Shown: piece by piece, positions 36,869 through 47,478 of the stretch | How the letters are laid out: each line of letters opens with the position of its first letter | How positions within the stretch are numbered: position 1 is the stretch's first letter | DNA from: Candidatus Cloacimonadota bacterium | Lineage (GTDB): Bacteria; Cloacimonadota; Cloacimonadia; JGIOTU-2 | NCBI GenBank assembly: GCA_049903315.1 | Contig: JBNGBT010000001.1 | Coordinates: 192,001 to 256,000, forward strand | Direction: 5' to 3' | DNA: 64,000 nucleotides | Notes under the pieces: model-generated | What the model saw: the letters and a program-made list of their open reading frames with translations, nothing else | Database searches by the model: none | What the model was told of the DNA's origin: nothing | Position numbers and translations under genes: made by a program

Positions 36869-37684
36869 ATGGGTATAATAGAAAAAATATATCAACTCAA
36901 ACAAGACCAAAGGTCATTTATCGTCGCCACTGTGATAGAAGCTGAAGGATCGACACCCGGGAAAATTGGATTCAAAATGATCATCACATCTGATGGTGGA
37001 ACCTATGGCACAGTTGGTGGGGGAACCATTGAAAAAATGGTAGAAAAAGATGCACTTCAATTTCTAAAAAGAGGGATGAACGGCACGAAAGATTACGATT
37101 TGCAGTCCGAAGAATCTACTTCAAAAGAAGCAACCGGCATGCTGTGCGGTGGGGCAGTAAAAGTATATTTTGAAATTCATGTACCTAAAAGAAAAATATA
37201 TATATTCGGGGGAGGACATGTATCTCAGGCACTTGAAAGAATATTACCTGCGGAGAAATACTCGATCGTAATTATTGACAACCGCGAGCAGTTTGTATCA
37301 AAATCTTTACACCCTTTTGCTGATGTGAGAGTGTGCGAAGAATATTCTGATTTCTTAGAGCATTTTAATCCTGAAATCAACTCGTATGCAGTGATCGTCA
37401 CTCATGGTCATAGGTTTGACTATGATGTGTTGAGAATGATCGTAAAGAAAAAATATTCTTTTAAATATATTGGTATGATCGGATCAAAAATAAAAGTGAA
37501 AGCAACTCTGGATAAAATAATAAATGAGTTCAGCGAAGTCGATTTGGAGAATCTTTATTCACCAATAGGAATCGATCTTGGTGGTTCGTCTGCTTCCGAA
37601 ATTGCGTTGAGTATTGCCGCAGAGATGCAAGCGCTTGAATATAACAAAGAAGTACCTCACATGAGGTTGAGATATGATGAATAA
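36869..37684 (+). CDS. xdhC: XdhC/CoxI family Moco insertion accessory protein
   Basis: GSTPG, GTVGGG, CGG, IFGGGHV, THGH-D, YIGMIGS, PIGIDLG, EIALSI. Confidence 0.9.
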   Translation: MGIIEKIYQLKQDQRSFIVATVIEAEGSTPGKIGFKMIITSDGGTYGTVGGGTIEKMVEKDALQFLKRGMNGTKDYDLQSEESTSKEATGMLCGGAVKVYFEIHVPKRKIYIFGGGHVSQALERILPAEKYSIVIIDNREQFVSKSLHPFADVRVCEEYSDFLEHFNPEINSYAVIVTHGHRFDYDVLRMIVKKKYSFKYIGMIGSKIKVKATLDKIINEFSEVDLENLYSPIGIDLGGSSASEIALSIAAEMQALEYNKEVPHMRLRYDE

Positions 37685-39881
37685 AAAGCAAGAAATCCGA
37701 GTCGACGCTGCTACAAAGATTGCCGGCATTGAGAAATATACAAGAGACTTTCGTATAGATAATCTCCTTTATGCAGCTACCGTTCGATCCGGAAGAGCAC
37801 ATGCACGTATCCTATCAATTGTCTTTGATGATGATTTTGATTGGTCACTAGTAACAGTTCTCTCTGCGAAAGAGATACAAAAAAATTTTGTCGCCATCAT
37901 TAAAAATGATATGCCATATCTTGCAGACGAAGAAGTGAATTATTATGGAGAGCCAATCCTTCTTCTTGCGGCAGAGAACGAGGACATTCTTCGTGAAGCA
38001 AAAAAGCATATTACGGTTGAATATGAAGACAGACAGGCATTTTGCACACTTGAAGAAGCAATACAATCGTCGTATGCAAAGGAACCCTTTGAAGAGATAT
38101 TACTGGAAAACGGTGATGTTAAAAAAGCATTTTCGGATACTGATCATATCGTTGAAGATGTTTTTAAAACCGGATTTCAGGAACATGTATATCTTGAACC
38201 TCAGGTTGTTGTCGCCATTCCGGAAGGGAAGACCATTCATGTAAAGGGTTCGATGCAATGTCCCTATTATGTGCAGAATGCAATGAATGAGCTTTTCAAA
38301 GGAACAGAAACAAAAGTGGATGTAACTCAAATAATGACTGGCGGCGCTTTTGGGGGAAAAGAAGACTTTCCATCTCTGATATGTGGACACGTCGCCCTGC
38401 TTGCTCAGAAAACGGGTAGACCGATAATCATTAGTTATAATAGGGAAGAAGATATTCAGTTCACCACCAAAAGACATCCTTCAAAAATACGTGCAAAGGC
38501 AGCAGTGAGTAAAGAAGGAAAAATTCTTGCTGTTGATATGGATATTCTCCAGGACAGTGGCGCCTATACAACATTAAGCCCTGTGGTACTTGCACGAGCT
38601 GTGCTGACTTCCTTTGGATGCTATAATCTTCCGAATGTCCGTATATACGGGAAAGCGATCAAAACAAATATTCCTCCATGCGGAGCATTCCGCGGTTTTG
38701 GAGGTCCTCAATCATTGTATGCCATGGAGATGCTGGTCGAAAAAATAGCGCAGATCATGAACGTCCCTGTGTGGGAGATCAAAAAAACAAACATGCTATC
38801 CCTTGGCGACAAATTACCAACTGGGCAACCAATCGACTATAGCTATGGATTACCTCAATGCGTGGATAAAGTTTTAAAAAGTTCGGAGTATGAGAAAAAA
38901 TACAGAGAATTCAAAAACTATAACGAAAAAGAATCAAAGCAATCAGGAATTCTTAAAGGTATTGGAATTTCTCTTGCACCTCATGGCTGCGGATTTACCG
39001 GGGTAGGTGAAAATCGCATTAAGGCAATTGCCGCACTCGAACTTCTACGAGAGGGAAAGGTGCTTGTCAAAACTGCAAATACCGAGATGGGACAGGGCGT
39101 TGATACTGCATACAAAATTATTGTTTCAGAAGCACTGCATCTGCCATTTGAAGATATTATTATCGAAGAAAAAAATACAAGTAAGGTGCCAAACAGCGGT
39201 CCGACAGTTGCGTCGCGCAGTACAATGATCGTCGGCAAACTGCTTCTCGAAAACTGCGAACAAATTCAAAGTGCTCTGCATTTAAAGAGTAAATTTTCAA
39301 TTAAAGATTTTAAAGAAGCGACAAAAAAATATTTTGAATCTCATGAATCTCTTCTCGTGCAAAAAGAGTATGAGCATCCAAAATTTATCAAATTTGATGA
39401 AAAGACCTACAAGGGATACGGCTATCCTGTGTATGCGTGGTCTGCAAATGTCGCCGAAGTAGAGATCGATCTGACATCATACCAGGTAAGTGTGAAGAAG
39501 TTCTACTCTGCTCATGATGTCGGAAAGGCGATCAATCATCAGCAGTCGGAAGGACAAATACAAGGTGGCATTATACAGGGCATCGGTTATGCAATATATG
39601 AGGATATTCGCTTAGAGAAGGGACAAGTGCTCAATAGAGGCTTTCGTGATTATATTATTCCAACAATTGAAGACGTCCCCGAATTGCATGTGGAAATCGT
39701 AGAAGATCCATACTTTAATGGACCCTTCGGCGCAAAGGCACTCGGTGAACTTCCACTTGTCGGTGCTGCCCCTGCTGTTGCTTCTGCTGTGAGTTTTGCT
39801 CTTGGAAAAACTGCAACCAAAATACCGATGACACCCGAAGTGATCGCTTCGATGATCGAGAATAAAGATTATGAATATTAA
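37674..39881 (+). CDS. Xanthine dehydrogenase family molybdopterin-binding subunit
   Basis: QEHVYLEP, GGAFGGKE, KRHP, AFRGFGGPQ, MGQG, ASRST, GAKALGE. The Glu and Arg in these motifs match the purine-hydroxylating subgroup. Confidence 0.93.
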   Translation: MMNKKQEIRVDAATKIAGIEKYTRDFRIDNLLYAATVRSGRAHARILSIVFDDDFDWSLVTVLSAKEIQKNFVAIIKNDMPYLADEEVNYYGEPILLLAAENEDILREAKKHITVEYEDRQAFCTLEEAIQSSYAKEPFEEILLENGDVKKAFSDTDHIVEDVFKTGFQEHVYLEPQVVVAIPEGKTIHVKGSMQCPYYVQNAMNELFKGTETKVDVTQIMTGGAFGGKEDFPSLICGHVALLAQKTGRPIIISYNREEDIQFTTKRHPSKIRAKAAVSKEGKILAVDMDILQDSGAYTTLSPVVLARAVLTSFGCYNLPNVRIYGKAIKTNIPPCGAFRGFGGPQSLYAMEMLVEKIAQIMNVPVWEIKKTNMLSLGDKLPTGQPIDYSYGLPQCVDKVLKSSEYEKKYREFKNYNEKESKQSGILKGIGISLAPHGCGFTGVGENRIKAIAALELLREGKVLVKTANTEMGQGVDTAYKIIVSEALHLPFEDIIIEEKNTSKVPNSGPTVASRSTMIVGKLLLENCEQIQSALHLKSKFSIKDFKEATKKYFESHESLLVQKEYEHPKFIKFDEKTYKGYGYPVYAWSANVAEVEIDLTSYQVSVKKFYSAHDVGKAINHQQSEGQIQGGIIQGIGYAIYEDIRLEKGQVLNRGFRDYIIPTIEDVPELHVEIVEDPYFNGPFGAKALGELPLVGAAPAVASAVSFALGKTATKIPMTPEVIASMIENKDYEY

Positions 39882-40362
39882 TTTGAAAGTAAATGGGAAA
39901 GCGGTTTCTGTTGAAGCTGAACCACTTGATCGGCTTCTTGATATTTTACGAGATACGCTCGGACTGACTGGCACAAAAGAAGGATGTGGAGAAGGTGAAT
40001 GCGGTGCATGCACTGTTTTTATGAACAACAAGCTTGTGAATTCGTGCCTCGTTCCGGCTATGCATCTTCAGGATGCGGATATACTAACCATAGATGGATT
40101 GCGAGACTTTGAGTTCTTTGCATCTATATCAAAATCCTATGAAGAGAACGGCGCAGTGCAATGCGGTTTTTGCACACCGGGATTTATCATGTCAACGATA
40201 GAACTGTTAAGAAAATCGAAGGGGAAAAAACTCACCGATGACGAGATCAAGAGCGCTTTTGCCGGTAATATCTGCCGATGTACCGGGTATGATAAGATAA
40301 TGAACGCAGTGCGGCAACTGTTGCATAGTGACATCAAAATACCGGAGAGATTTTATGAATAA
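39871..40362 (+). CDS. Xanthine dehydrogenase 2Fe-2S subunit
   Basis: KEGCGEGECGACT, NSCL, QCGFCTPG, NICRCTGY. Confidence 0.95.
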   Translation: MNINLKVNGKAVSVEAEPLDRLLDILRDTLGLTGTKEGCGEGECGACTVFMNNKLVNSCLVPAMHLQDADILTIDGLRDFEFFASISKSYEENGAVQCGFCTPGFIMSTIELLRKSKGKKLTDDEIKSAFAGNICRCTGYDKIMNAVRQLLHSDIKIPERFYE

Positions 40363-41227
40363 GAAACAAACCTTCTCTCCAAAAACATTACATGAGTATC
40401 ATAAACTCTATTCACAGATCGAGGATTCCATAATTATCATTTTTTCTGGTGGAACCGATCTTATGGTCGGGAAAAATGAACTTCCAGAAGATTCAATTCT
40501 TGTGAATTTATCAGGTCTTGAGGTACTCAAGGGTATTGAAAAAAAGGATGATACGATTATCATCGGAGCGTGCACGACGTTGAATGAAGTTTTACATTCG
40601 ACAGTAGTACAAGAAGAATTACCGATTCTTGTTAAAGCGATACGCACAATGGCTTCGGAGCAGGTTCGTAACAGGGCAACGATCGGGGGCAATATCGGTA
40701 ATGCCTCTCCTGCAGGTGATACGATCACACCGCTTGTTGTGCTGAGTGCTGAGATTGAGATATTTGCTCCCGAATCAAATTATAGCAGAATTATATTGAT
40801 TGATGAACTCTTCTGCGGTCCCTGCACGACAACTCTTAAAAGAGGTGAGATCATTACAAAGATTATCATTCCTCTCCTTCAGGACGATGATGTTGTGTAT
40901 TATTTCAGAAAGATCGGCCAGAGAAATGCGATGACGATCACAAAAGCATCCTTGTCCGCAATAGCAAAATTAGCAGATGGAAAAGTTAAGTGGATACGTC
41001 TGGCTCCGGGAAGCGTCTCTCCCATAGTGCACAGAATGACCAAAACCGAGGAATTCCTAAAAGGGAAAGAGCTCTCTCCGCAAGTTATTGAAGAAGTAAA
41101 GAACATTCTTGAACAAGAGATAACGCCCATTACCGATATCCGTTCCACGAAAGCATTTCGTGAATTGGTGACGAAGAATCTGCTGGGGGATTGTCTTAAA
41201 TCCATAATGTTAAAAAATGAACAATAA
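40355..41227 (+). CDS. Xanthine dehydrogenase FAD-binding subunit
   Basis: GGTDL, QVRNRATIGGNIGNASPAGD, PITDIRST; GGAG RBS before ATG 40355. Confidence 0.93.
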   Translation: MNKKQTFSPKTLHEYHKLYSQIEDSIIIIFSGGTDLMVGKNELPEDSILVNLSGLEVLKGIEKKDDTIIIGACTTLNEVLHSTVVQEELPILVKAIRTMASEQVRNRATIGGNIGNASPAGDTITPLVVLSAEIEIFAPESNYSRIILIDELFCGPCTTTLKRGEIITKIIIPLLQDDDVVYYFRKIGQRNAMTITKASLSAIAKLADGKVKWIRLAPGSVSPIVHRMTKTEEFLKGKELSPQVIEEVKNILEQEITPITDIRSTKAFRELVTKNLLGDCLKSIMLKNEQ

Positions 41228-42206
41228 AATCACACTACTTCAGGGCGGCACATCCGAAGAACGGGAAGTCTCGATCCATACCTGCGAAGCGGTGGAACAA
41301 GCACTTATCGCACTTGGCAAAACAGTCCTCACCTTCGATCCTTCCGACTATGTCGAAAATGGGGAAATAAACTACCTGAAGTTAATCGAAGATATTAAAA
41401 AAGCACAATGTGATATTGTATTCATCGGCTTGCATGGCGGCGATGGGGAGGACGGAACTTTCCAGAAATTATTCGAACTTGCAAGCGTACCTTACGTTGG
41501 TTCGGATGCAGATTCGAGTTGCCTTTGTATGAGTAAGAAGATGTCCAAACTGCTTGCTCGAGACCTTCTCGATGTCCCCGTTCCAAAAGCATTATTTTAT
41601 AAAAGGGGTGATGTCGTTCCCTCCTATGAAGATGTTGTTGAAATACTGGGAGCTCATCTTGTGATAAAACCTAATGCTTCCGGTTCATCTGTTGGTGTAA
41701 CAATTCTCGAAAATGAAGCTAGCTTCGACGATGCGGTGGAATATGCCTTTTCTGTCGATTCCGACATCATCATCGAGCAGTATATTCCGGGTAGGGAAAT
41801 AACTGTCGCGATGCTCGGAAGTAAAGCGCTTCCCGTAGTTGAGATCAAACCGAAAAACGGATTCTATGATTACAAAAATAAATATACTGAGAATTGCACA
41901 GTCTATGACACTCCTGCTGATCTGTCTCACGAAGAAGCTGAACTCGTCACACAATATGCGGAAAGTATTTATAAAGAATTTGGATGTTCTGACTATGCAC
42001 GAATCGACTTCAGATTTGATGGAGAAAAATTCTATTTCCTCGAAGTGAACACTCTTCCCGGTATGACATCCCTGAGTTTGGTGCCAATGGCTGCGAAAGC
42101 AGTTGGCATTTCTTTTGAAGAGCTTATCAGAAAATTAGTGGAAAAAGATATGTATCGAACCACGAAAAACACGAAAAGACACGAAAAAAGAGTATCCAAA
42201 TTTTAA
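41217..42206 (+). CDS. ddl: D-alanine--D-alanine ligase
   Basis: GGTSEEREVS, LHGGDGEDG, GSSVGV, FYDYKNKY, RIDF, LEVNTLPGMT. Confidence 0.95.
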   Translation: MNNKITLLQGGTSEEREVSIHTCEAVEQALIALGKTVLTFDPSDYVENGEINYLKLIEDIKKAQCDIVFIGLHGGDGEDGTFQKLFELASVPYVGSDADSSCLCMSKKMSKLLARDLLDVPVPKALFYKRGDVVPSYEDVVEILGAHLVIKPNASGSSVGVTILENEASFDDAVEYAFSVDSDIIIEQYIPGREITVAMLGSKALPVVEIKPKNGFYDYKNKYTENCTVYDTPADLSHEEAELVTQYAESIYKEFGCSDYARIDFRFDGEKFYFLEVNTLPGMTSLSLVPMAAKAVGISFEELIRKLVEKDMYRTTKNTKRHEKRVSKF

Positions 42207-42278
42207 AATGAAGTAACCAAAGCGCGAACACTCACTAACAAAAAGAAGTTACATTGCTGTTCGTTAAAGTTCGTTGCT
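42157..42278. repeat. 9-mer-period repeats overlapping the ddl 3' end, plus a small inverted pair
   Basis: gaaccacgaaaaacacgaaaagacacgaaaa (42157-42187); agcgcgaacactcactaaca (42221-42240) versus the reverse complement of 42258-42278. Confidence 0.7.
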
Positions 42279-42298
42279 AAGATATAAAAAGGTATATA

Positions 42299-44215
42299 AT
42301 GAAAAAGATTAAATTTAGATTCGTCATCATTTTTTCGATCTTCGTGTTTGTCGCGGTCATGCTTTTGTCAATGACGCGAATTTATAAAAATCTCGAACTC
42401 ATCTGGATAGATACGAATTTCAACCTTCGGGGACCACTCGAAGTGTCCCAGGATATCGTTATTCTTGATGTCTCTGACGAAGCTTTCGAGGAGCTTGGAA
42501 GGTACCCGTTTCCACGGAGTTACTTTGCGCATCTAATAGAAAATCTCAACAAAGCAGGTGCTGCGGTTATTATATTTGATATTGAGTTCACAGAACCGAC
42601 ACTCGCAAAAGAGGATGTCGATCTCGGAGTGACAGCAGCAGAATATGGAAATGTTATTTTTGCTGGAAAGCTCAGTGAAATACGGAAAACCGGATCAGTT
42701 ACACTCAGAATTGTGCCGCCTATTAATGAAATTACTGATAGAGATTTGCAATGGGGACTTGTTGGTATATCTCAGGACCAGGACGGATTTGTGCGAAAAT
42801 ACACACTTTTCTCAACCTTTTCTGACCAACCGTACTACACAATTGGAGTGAAGGGACTGGAAATGCTTCTTGCTCAAAAACAGGGTGAAGAACCGAAGAT
42901 TTTTAATTCTCATGAAAATTTTATACTCGGATCATATGTTATTCCAAAATATTCCGGCAATACGGTCATTATCAATTATTATGGACCTGCAAACACATTC
43001 CCGTATTATCATATAGATACAGTGCTGGATGACAGCACGTTCCAGGTCCGCAGCGAGCAGGCATTCGGATTGGATTTCAATACATTTGAGAATTATCTGG
43101 AAACAGGCACTTTTAAGGATAAAATAGTGCTGGTAGGAGCTTCAGCTGAGGAACTTCATGATCTTTTCCCCACACCCTTTTATAATCCTGGAAAGGGACA
43201 AGGACTCACCCCTGGTGTGGAGATCCATGCGAATTTTCTTGAGATGGTACTGCATTCCAATTATTTAAGATCCTTCAGCTATCTCTACCTTGTGCTTGGC
43301 CTCCTGATCATGATCCTGATCGTCAATGTGATATTCAATTTTTTCAAACCTACTATAAATGCTGTGATCGGAGTGCTGCTCATTGCGGGATATCTGATTT
43401 TTGTTTACTTTATGTTCAAATCAAATCATACTATTGTGAACGTGACGGAAGTCCCATCTGCGATTTTGATCTCATTCCTTGGAAATCTGATCATGCAATA
43501 CTACATGGGCAGGAAAGAGAAACTTTTCGTTAAAAAGGCGTTCCAGCAGTATGTGGCAAAAGATATCGTTGATCTCATCATGAAAGATCCCAAGCGTTTA
43601 AAATTTGGGGGACAGGTTCAGGAACTCACAGTACTTTTCTCTGATCTTCGGTCATTTACAACCTATTCCGAACAACACGAAACTCAGGAAGTCGTTGATA
43701 TTCTGCGCGAGTACCTGACCGAGATGGTTGAAATCCTGAAAGATAACAGCGGAACAGTTGATAAGTTCATCGGTGATGCGATCATGGCGCTTTTCGGTGT
43801 GCCGTATTACTACGATATGCATGCATACAATGCGTGTAAGACAGCACTACTCATGGCAGAAAAATTGAAACAGTTACAAGAAAAATGGACAAAAGAAGGC
43901 AAGGACTGTGTGCAGTTCGGTATTGGTATTCATACAGGATCAGCACTTGTTGGGAACCTCGGATCGGAGCAGATCTTCGACTATACAGCAATTGGTGATA
44001 CTATTAATTCCGGTGCGCGTATCGAACCAATGAATAAAATCTATGAAACTGAAAATCATATTATAATTAGTGAAACAACATACGAAGCGGTGAAAGATAA
44101 AGTCGAAGCCCGTTACCTGGATACAAAAACACTTCGGGGAAAGGGCAAACCGCTTAAATTGTATGAATTGATCTCTCTCAAAGAAGATTTGAATGTGCAG
44201 AAGACGATAGAGTAA
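42299..44215 (+). CDS. CHASE2-domain class III adenylate cyclase
   Basis: YPFPRS, IIFDIEF, DQDGFVR, PGVEIHAN (CHASE2); three TM helices; LFSDLRSFT, DKFIGDAIMA, YTAIGDTIN-GARIE. Confidence 0.93.
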   Translation: MKKIKFRFVIIFSIFVFVAVMLLSMTRIYKNLELIWIDTNFNLRGPLEVSQDIVILDVSDEAFEELGRYPFPRSYFAHLIENLNKAGAAVIIFDIEFTEPTLAKEDVDLGVTAAEYGNVIFAGKLSEIRKTGSVTLRIVPPINEITDRDLQWGLVGISQDQDGFVRKYTLFSTFSDQPYYTIGVKGLEMLLAQKQGEEPKIFNSHENFILGSYVIPKYSGNTVIINYYGPANTFPYYHIDTVLDDSTFQVRSEQAFGLDFNTFENYLETGTFKDKIVLVGASAEELHDLFPTPFYNPGKGQGLTPGVEIHANFLEMVLHSNYLRSFSYLYLVLGLLIMILIVNVIFNFFKPTINAVIGVLLIAGYLIFVYFMFKSNHTIVNVTEVPSAILISFLGNLIMQYYMGRKEKLFVKKAFQQYVAKDIVDLIMKDPKRLKFGGQVQELTVLFSDLRSFTTYSEQHETQEVVDILREYLTEMVEILKDNSGTVDKFIGDAIMALFGVPYYYDMHAYNACKTALLMAEKLKQLQEKWTKEGKDCVQFGIGIHTGSALVGNLGSEQIFDYTAIGDTINSGARIEPMNKIYETENHIIISETTYEAVKDKVEARYLDTKTLRGKGKPLKLYELISLKEDLNVQKTIE

Positions 44216-44222
44216 GTTCGGC

Positions 44223-44861
44223 TTACTTCAAATATTGAAATATATCGCTTAAAGTAGTAAGATAGTAATCCGCTCCTTTGAGATATTCTTTGGGGAGCGT
44301 TGTTGCGATTGCTGCAACTTTTATTCCTGCATTCTTCCCTGATTCGATGCCAAGTGGCGCATTTTCAATAACCAGACATTCATCCTTTTTTAAGCCAAGC
44401 TTTTTTCTGGCAATGTCGTAAGGATCGGGATTGGGCTTTGCTCGGGGAATGTCATCTCCAGTGATGATCACATCAAAATATTTTAACTCATTTTCCGAGA
44501 GTGCGTGGTTCATGTTCTTCTTAGCACAAGCGGTTACCAAAGCCAGAGTATATCCCTCTTTATGAAGTTTCTTTAAGGTTTCTTTTGCTTCAGGATAGAA
44601 TTGTACATCAACGATAGAGCGGTAATATGCGCGTTTGGTCTCAATAAAATCATGACGCTGATCTTCGGGAATGTCAATACCTGCTTCTTCAATCAGGAGG
44701 GGAAGGATTTCTCGTGAACTTCTTCCTTCATGAAGGAGGACGGTGAGTTCTTGGACCTCACCGCCCCATTTGCGAAACATTTCCTGCCAGGCAAGAAAGT
44801 GAAAATGAAGAGTGTCAACAATTACACCATCAAGATCAAATAGAATGGCTTTAACAGGCAT
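44223..44861 (-). CDS. HAD-superfamily hydrolase (beta-phosphoglucomutase-like)
   Basis: FDLDGVIVDT, KPNPDPY, IENAPLGIESGKNAG. Confidence 0.88.
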   Translation of the reverse strand: MPVKAILFDLDGVIVDTLHFHFLAWQEMFRKWGGEVQELTVLLHEGRSSREILPLLIEEAGIDIPEDQRHDFIETKRAYYRSIVDVQFYPEAKETLKKLHKEGYTLALVTACAKKNMNHALSENELKYFDVIITGDDIPRAKPNPDPYDIARKKLGLKKDECLVIENAPLGIESGKNAGIKVAAIATTLPKEYLKGADYYLTTLSDIFQYLK

Positions 44862-44872
44862 CTACGTCTGTG

Positions 44873-45058
44873 CTACTCCTTTTTCTTATCAGCGAGAAGG
44901 AACGCAATGGAGAAAAGAATAAGGAGAGTAGCAACATGGATGAAGTTGATACCTTTGGTAACACCAAGGAATGGAACAACGCCAAATAGCCACATGATAT
45001 CACCAAAGATGAATAAGATCACAGCGAGAATACCGCAAATCCATGCAAGTATTTTCAT
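44873..45058 (-). CDS. Small two-TM membrane protein
   Basis: 61 aa, two hydrophobic helices, AAGGGGG RBS. Confidence 0.65.
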   Translation of the reverse strand: MKILAWICGILAVILFIFGDIMWLFGVVPFLGVTKGINFIHVATLLILFSIAFLLADKKKE

Positions 45059-45096
45059 GTGTCCCCCTTATGTTTTTTTTGATGCTTCTGCACCAT

Positions 45097-46062
45097 CTAT
45101 TTATTTAACATCTGCTTTGCAAGATTGAGGAATTGCTGAGCTTCTGCGCTGTCTGGCTCAACGTCGAGCCATTTCTGCGCATAAATGACCAGATCAGTAT
45201 AGTTCTTTGTATTACTCAGGCAATAGCAAAGATACTTGAGCGCTTCAAGCTCTGTAGGATCAACCGCGACAACTTTTTCATAATATATTGCTGCCTCAGT
45301 ATAATTTTTTTGATTGAACTGCATGTCCGCAATATTATAAAGTAATTCCTTATTACTCGGATCGATTGTAATAGCTTTTAATGCAAACTCCATGGCAGCT
45401 TCAGTATTTCCAAGTTTAATTTCTCCAACCCAGACATTATAAAGCCAGTCAATGTTTTGAGGATCCAAATTATGAAGAACTAAAAAATATTCAACAGATT
45501 TTTCGTAGTCACCTTGATTAAAGTAGGTTGTGGCAATTCTATTGAGGGCAAAAACGCTTTCGGGATCCTTATCATAGATTTGAAGATACACATCCAGGGC
45601 TTTATCAATATCACCTGAACGAATGTAGGTATCACCAAGCAATTCGAATGTGATCATGCTATCGGGTTGTATTTCGTGGGCTTGATTCAGTTTGATTAAA
45701 GCTTCTGAATAATTATCTTCTTTCAGCTCTTCAAGTCCCTGATTGTGGAGTTGGCTCCAGGTCGCAAGTTTTATTACGTTAACTTCTTTTTCCTTACCCG
45801 GATCAGCTTTTAATGCTTTCATTGCATATTGATAAGCTGTGTAATATTCTTCCTTATATTGACCGTAAATTTGAGACATGAAGAGGTATGCATCTGCATT
45901 TCCGGGATTTGCTTCGATCTCTTTTTGAAGATTTTCAATAGCTTTATCCGGATCGTCTTCGTCACGAATAGCAAGCTTTGCAGTTCTCATATACATGCTC
46001 TCACATGCAACAAGAACCAACACCGCAACAATAACCAAGAATATTGGAAGATATTTTTTCAT
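45097..46062 (-). CDS. TPR-repeat lipoprotein
   Basis: Lipobox LVAC; multiple TPR repeats; AAGGAG RBS. Confidence 0.88.
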   Translation of the reverse strand: MKKYLPIFLVIVAVLVLVACESMYMRTAKLAIRDEDDPDKAIENLQKEIEANPGNADAYLFMSQIYGQYKEEYYTAYQYAMKALKADPGKEKEVNVIKLATWSQLHNQGLEELKEDNYSEALIKLNQAHEIQPDSMITFELLGDTYIRSGDIDKALDVYLQIYDKDPESVFALNRIATTYFNQGDYEKSVEYFLVLHNLDPQNIDWLYNVWVGEIKLGNTEAAMEFALKAITIDPSNKELLYNIADMQFNQKNYTEAAIYYEKVVAVDPTELEALKYLCYCLSNTKNYTDLVIYAQKWLDVEPDSAEAQQFLNLAKQMLNK

Positions 46063-46116
46063 TTGTTCTCCTTTTTAAGAAAAATTTTCAGAAAAATCCG
46101 AGAGCTGGAGAGTTCG

Positions 46117-47424
46117 TCAAGAATTTTCATACTGTGACGATACTCTTTTAACCCATAGAGTGAGATTATCAATTTTCACCACTTCGATTGGTTCATTCTT
46201 TTCAATTTTACCATCTGTAGAGATTGCTTTCCAAAGCTCGCCACGAACAAAAACCTGCCCCTCTGGATTGAGAATAGTTTTTGTAAGTCCTCTCTCACCA
46301 ATCTCGCCTTCACGTCCTGTGGTTATCTTGCTTTTATGAACCTTGAGCACAAGTGTGACAAGAAGCAGAAAGAAGAGTATTGTAAATATCGCAACCCCAA
46401 TGATGAGTGAAATTGAAATTCGCAGGAAAGGAGCTTTGGACTGGATTAACATCATTGAGCCAAGTATGATGCCCACGACACCTCCTATTCCTAATATTCC
46501 TGAGGATTGCACCTTGAGTTCAAGAAAAAGCAAGATGAATCCCACGACAATAAGTAATAATCCCACAATGTTGACTGGCAGATTTGAAAGAGCAAAGAAA
46601 GCGAGCAGGAGAGAAATCGCGCCGAAAACTCCCGCAAAGCCAATTCCCGGTGATGAAAATTCTGCAATAAGTCCGTAGATGCCAAGCATCAGGAGTATAT
46701 AGGCAATATTGGGATTTGTTATATAAAATAAAAATTTTTCTATGAAATTCATGCGATGCGGAATGATATCAGCATGGGCAGTACTCATGATGAAGACTTC
46801 GTCATTTTTGATAATTTCAGAAGAGTCTATCTGTTTGAAAAGGTCATTTCTTGAGGAAGCCATATAATTAATGATGTTCTCTTCCAGTGCTTCTCTTGCA
46901 TGAAGTGAAATACTTTCGGAGACCATCTTTTGTGCAATTTCCTCGTTTCTGCCTGTTTTCTGTGCAATAGAAGCAACATAGGAAAGCATGTCGTTGACCA
47001 CTTTTTTTTCCATTGTTGAATCAATTTTTGCTCCCATAGAAACAGGATGGGCAGCACCGATGCTCGAGGTGGGGGTCATCGCATTTATATCGCATGCAAG
47101 CATTATGATAGCGCCTGCGGAAGCAGCACGAGCGCCTTCCGGAGTAACATATCCTATAACGGGAACATCTGCATTCATGATCTTTTGAATGATCTCCCTC
47201 ATAGAAGTATCAAGACCACCTGGTGTGTTGATTTCAATGAGTACTGCCGCATTGTGTGCTTCGGCTGTTTCGATTCTATCTATTATATAATTTGCAATTG
47301 GGGGTCCGATCGTTCCGTCAACAGTGAGGAGATAAATTTCATCAATAGTTGTTTGTGCGTGAATAATAAAAGGAAGAAATAAAATAAAAACTAAAATTAT
47401 TACTTTTTTCATTTGAGACTCCAC
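46117..47424 (-). CDS. nfeD: NfeD (long form, ClpP-like serine protease domain)
   Basis: INTPGG, ARAASAG, IGAAHPV, TM bundle, C-terminal OB fold (PEGQVFVRGELWKA). Confidence 0.93.
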   Translation of the reverse strand: MESQMKKVIILVFILFLPFIIHAQTTIDEIYLLTVDGTIGPPIANYIIDRIETAEAHNAAVLIEINTPGGLDTSMREIIQKIMNADVPVIGYVTPEGARAASAGAIIMLACDINAMTPTSSIGAAHPVSMGAKIDSTMEKKVVNDMLSYVASIAQKTGRNEEIAQKMVSESISLHAREALEENIINYMASSRNDLFKQIDSSEIIKNDEVFIMSTAHADIIPHRMNFIEKFLFYITNPNIAYILLMLGIYGLIAEFSSPGIGFAGVFGAISLLLAFFALSNLPVNIVGLLLIVVGFILLFLELKVQSSGILGIGGVVGIILGSMMLIQSKAPFLRISISLIIGVAIFTILFFLLLVTLVLKVHKSKITTGREGEIGERGLTKTILNPEGQVFVRGELWKAISTDGKIEKNEPIEVVKIDNLTLWVKRVSSQYENS

Positions 47425-47478
47425 TGATAAAGAAAATATCTATTTTTGAATGTCAACTATTTCTAAAATAAATATTAT

